DNA of 63,478 nt, the filler included, from Octopus bimaculoides (lineage: Eukaryota), in assembly GCF_001194135.2 (NCBI RefSeq). It is 4 parts of 4 records of this genome, joined end to end, with 100 filler letters (N's around TTAATTAATTAA, not from the genome) between each part and the next. Parts side by side here need not be neighbours in the genome. Positions count along the whole stretch, not along the records: positions 60,926 to 63,478 come from NC_068995.1; 3 more parts are not named here. One strand, given 5' to 3'. The notes beneath the pieces were generated by a model. The model did not search any database. It was not told where the DNA came from and worked only from the letters and a program-made list of their open reading frames with translations. A program made the position numbers and the translations under genes. Shown piece by piece: positions 60,926 through 63,478 of the stretch (its first letter is position 1; each line of letters starts with the position of its first letter).

Positions 60926-61460
60926 GCTTGGCCTATAATTAAGGTGATGACGTCGACAATGACATAGATGTGGAAGAAGTAAATGATGATGTAGATGATG
61001 ATAATATCTATGATGATGATGACGATCCTCCTCCTCCTCCTCATCATCATCATCATCATCATCATCATCACGATAAAATGGTGATAATGAGATCGATGAT
61101 TCTGGAAGTGATGATGATGATGATGAGGATGCTGATGAGGATGATAATGATGACGACGACCACGATGACAGGTCTGCAAGAGATGGTAAAGTGGATGATG
61201 ATGACGGTGAAGATAATCATAATGTTTATTTCGCTCTATTTTACTTTTGTGGAGTAAGTGTTGTCATCATCTCTTTTCTTTTTTAAACATATCTTTAAGA
61301 ATATGATGACAAACACAGGAAAAACAATGACGATGATGATGATGATGACGACGATTATTAAGACGATTATTACTAATCTTATGATAGTCATATTTCTCTT
61401 TAAACGACATTATTTCACATACAAAAATTAAGAGAGCGATTATTATTATTATTATTATTA

Positions 61461-61510
<50 letters not shown>

Positions 61511-61629
61511 GTTGTTATTATATAGAAAGATGAGTTGCGCTTTTTGCCATTGAGTTGGCCGTAGTGATGGATTACGTCAGCTATGTTTACCTTAGTGATG
61601 GAATTTGGCAATCGTATACAAAAGTTATA

Positions 61630-61659
61630 CCCTAACCCTAACCCTAACCCTAACCCTAA
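61630..61659. repeat. Interstitial telomere-type repeat (CCCTAA)5
   Basis: Five exact CCCTAA units, i.e. (TTAGGG)5 on the minus strand. Confidence 0.9.
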
Positions 61660-61717
61660 GAACTCATCTTTCTATATATTACATTTCTGCTGGGTTTAAC
61701 AGTCCTCTCTATAAACT

Positions 61718-61956
61718 AAATATTATTATTATTATTATTTTATGTTTGACTTTTGTTTTGCATTTGTACAAGTTGGATCCAAGTCTCACCCAGAGACCTC
61801 AAGAGACAACAAGTTAGAAGTTCATGTAGGTGTTATGCCTAGGGTACCATATATTTGGATTTGTACAGTTTTGTTCAAGTGAATGTTTAAGAAACCATAA
61901 GAAAATTATGTTTGCTTTAAAATTTGAGATCACATAGACAGTATTTTACGTAGGAT
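61718..61956 (-). mobile_element. R4/Dong-like element 3' end with (TAA)n tail
   Basis: Minus strand reads ILRKILSM* (typical R4 C-terminus), then a ~200-nt UTR ending in TAA repeats. Confidence 0.55.
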
Positions 61957-62401
61957 NNNNNNNNNNNNNNNNNNNNNNNNNNNNNNNNNNNNNNNNNNNN
62001 NNNNNNNNNNNNNNNNNNNNNNNNNNNNNNNNNNNNNNNNNNNNNNNNNNNNNNNNNNNNNNNNNNNNNNNNNNNNNNNNNNNNNNNNNNNNNNNNNNNN
62101 NNNNNNNNNNNNNNNNNNNNNNNNNNNNNNNNNNNNNNNNNNNNNNNNNNNNNNNNNNNNNNNNNNNNNNNNNNNNNNNNNNNNNNNNNNNNNNNNNNNN
62201 NNNNNNNNNNNNNNNNNNNNNNNNNNNNNNNNNNNNNNNNNNNNNNNNNNNNNNNNNNNNNNNNNNNNNNNNNNNNNNNNNNNNNNNNNNNNNNNNNNNN
62301 NNNNNNNNNNNNNNNNNNNNNNNNNNNNNNNNNNNNNNNNNNNNNNNNNNNNNNNNNNNNNNNNNNNNNNNNNNNNNNNNNNNNNNNNNNNNNNNNNNNN
62401 N

Positions 62402-62466
<65 letters not shown>

Positions 62467-62467
<1 letters not shown>

Positions 62468-62690
62468 GAAGGTGGCAAGCTGGCAGAATCATTAACACGC
62501 CGAACAAGATGCTTTGCGGCAATTCGTCCGTCTTTACGATCTGAGTTCAAATTCTGCCGAAGTCGACTTTGTCATTCATCCTTTCGGAATCGACAAATGA
62601 AGTACCAGTCGAATACTGAGGTCGACGTAATCGACTGGTCCCCTACCCCGTAACTTCAGGCCTTATTCCTTCAGTAGAAAGGATAATAAT
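62467..62690 (+). mobile_element. SINE family B, full length, between (TTA)n and (AAT)n tracts
   Basis: AAGGTGGCAAGCTGGCAGAATCATTAACACGCCG..CTTCAGGCCTT..AGAAAGGAT. Confidence 0.8.
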
Positions 62691-62794
62691 AATAATAATA
62701 ATTATTATTATTATTATTATTAAGAGCTGGCAGAATCGCTAGCACGACGGGGAAAATGCTTTGCGCCATATTGTCCGTATTAAGGTTCTGAGTT

Positions 62795-62958
62795 CAAAAC
62801 AAAGACGCATCAAGTGACAGTACGACTTCAGTGGATGACACCAGTCGGCACACTGATGCCTGAGGGTTTCATCAAGTGGCTTCTAGCGGCGGAAGCCTGA
62901 CCTACAATGGGTTTGTGCCACAGACACCGTTTCCGGTTACGTTTGGGTACCCCTCGTA
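62795..62958 (-). mobile_element. Mariner 5' end fragment (TIR plus 5' UTR)
   Basis: Minus strand begins TA-CGAGGGGTACCCAAACGTAACCGGAA, a mariner-type TIR. Confidence 0.6.
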
Positions 62959-63339
62959 TAGAAGATTGAAACTCTCTGTGATGCGAGTGAACAGCAATAG
63001 CAATCTTTCGAGAGACGTATCCCGTCAAGGAGAGTTTTCAGCCCGTTTGTTCGTCGCACTCAAACGAATCCGTGCATGCCGAGATAACATCTCCTCCGTG
63101 TCCTCTTGTTGTTTTCCAAATACATCTTTTTATGGGGATTGAACCCGGAACCGTTGGACCACCATATTTTCCTTGAACTCTAGTGTATGTTACTCGTTCA
63201 AGATGGCCATCGAAATATATTGCATTTATCTAGTTTCTGTTTGTTAATACGCCGAGGAAAATGCTTACCGGCTTTTCGTTCGTTCATTATTTACATTATT
63301 TACATTTGTCGGATATTTGTCCTCATCTTGTTTGTTGTT

Positions 63340-63385
63340 AACACAACGTTTCGGCTGATATATCCTCCAGCCTTCATCGGGTGTC
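63340..63385 (-). ncRNA. Minimal type I hammerhead motif (U4C variant) in a PLE-type terminal repeat
   Basis: GACAC-CCGATGA-A-GGCTG gaggatatat CAGCC-GAAACGT-T-GTGTT: 5-bp stem I and 5-bp stem II, palindromic ACGT helix III. Confidence 0.55.
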
Positions 63386-63478
63386 TTGGGGAAATTTCGA
63401 ACCTGGGTTTTTATTCCCAAGGTATTTTTCGATGTTATTATTATTATTATTATTATTATTCAGGTCACTGCCTGGGAT

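Noticed and set aside
62798-63142. GC-richer open frame of about 115 codons on the + strand
   Set aside because: It runs across a minus-strand mariner TIR at 62956, has no recognisable domain, and has no splice signals tying it to USP19.

Overview
AT-rich, microsatellite-dense eukaryotic DNA with many N gaps. It is most likely from a coleoid cephalopod (Octopus-type SINE families and repeat landscape; this is inference, not a database match). The only host gene I can support is a USP19-like ubiquitin protease on the + strand. Four short GT-AG exons (27468-27551, 32043-32137, 46713-46773, 56944-57081) match the UBL-to-MYND insertion of the USP19 catalytic domain in order. The exon carrying the first half of the MYND finger is not visible and probably lies in a gap. 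The rest is decayed mobile DNA: mariner, Tc1, DD37D and DD41D transposons, MITEs, RTE, R4/Dong and L2/Crack-like LINEs, a Gypsy end with an LTR, Penelope-like elements (PLEs), two SINE families, a ~3 kb (TACG/TACA) satellite and a short telomere-type tract. The most striking signal is a set of PLE-type minimal hammerhead ribozyme (HHR) motifs. In three separate intronic structures (44321-44538, 49071-52796, 54079-54676) they occur as inverted pairs, so the USP19 pre-mRNA carries each sense ribozyme together with its own antisense copy. PLE-associated minimal HHRs are an established class; the recurring paired intronic arrangement is what seems worth testing. Three N44-TTAATTAATTAA-N44 blocks are artificial scaffold joins, so contiguity across them should not be assumed. 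Many repeat boundaries are approximate.
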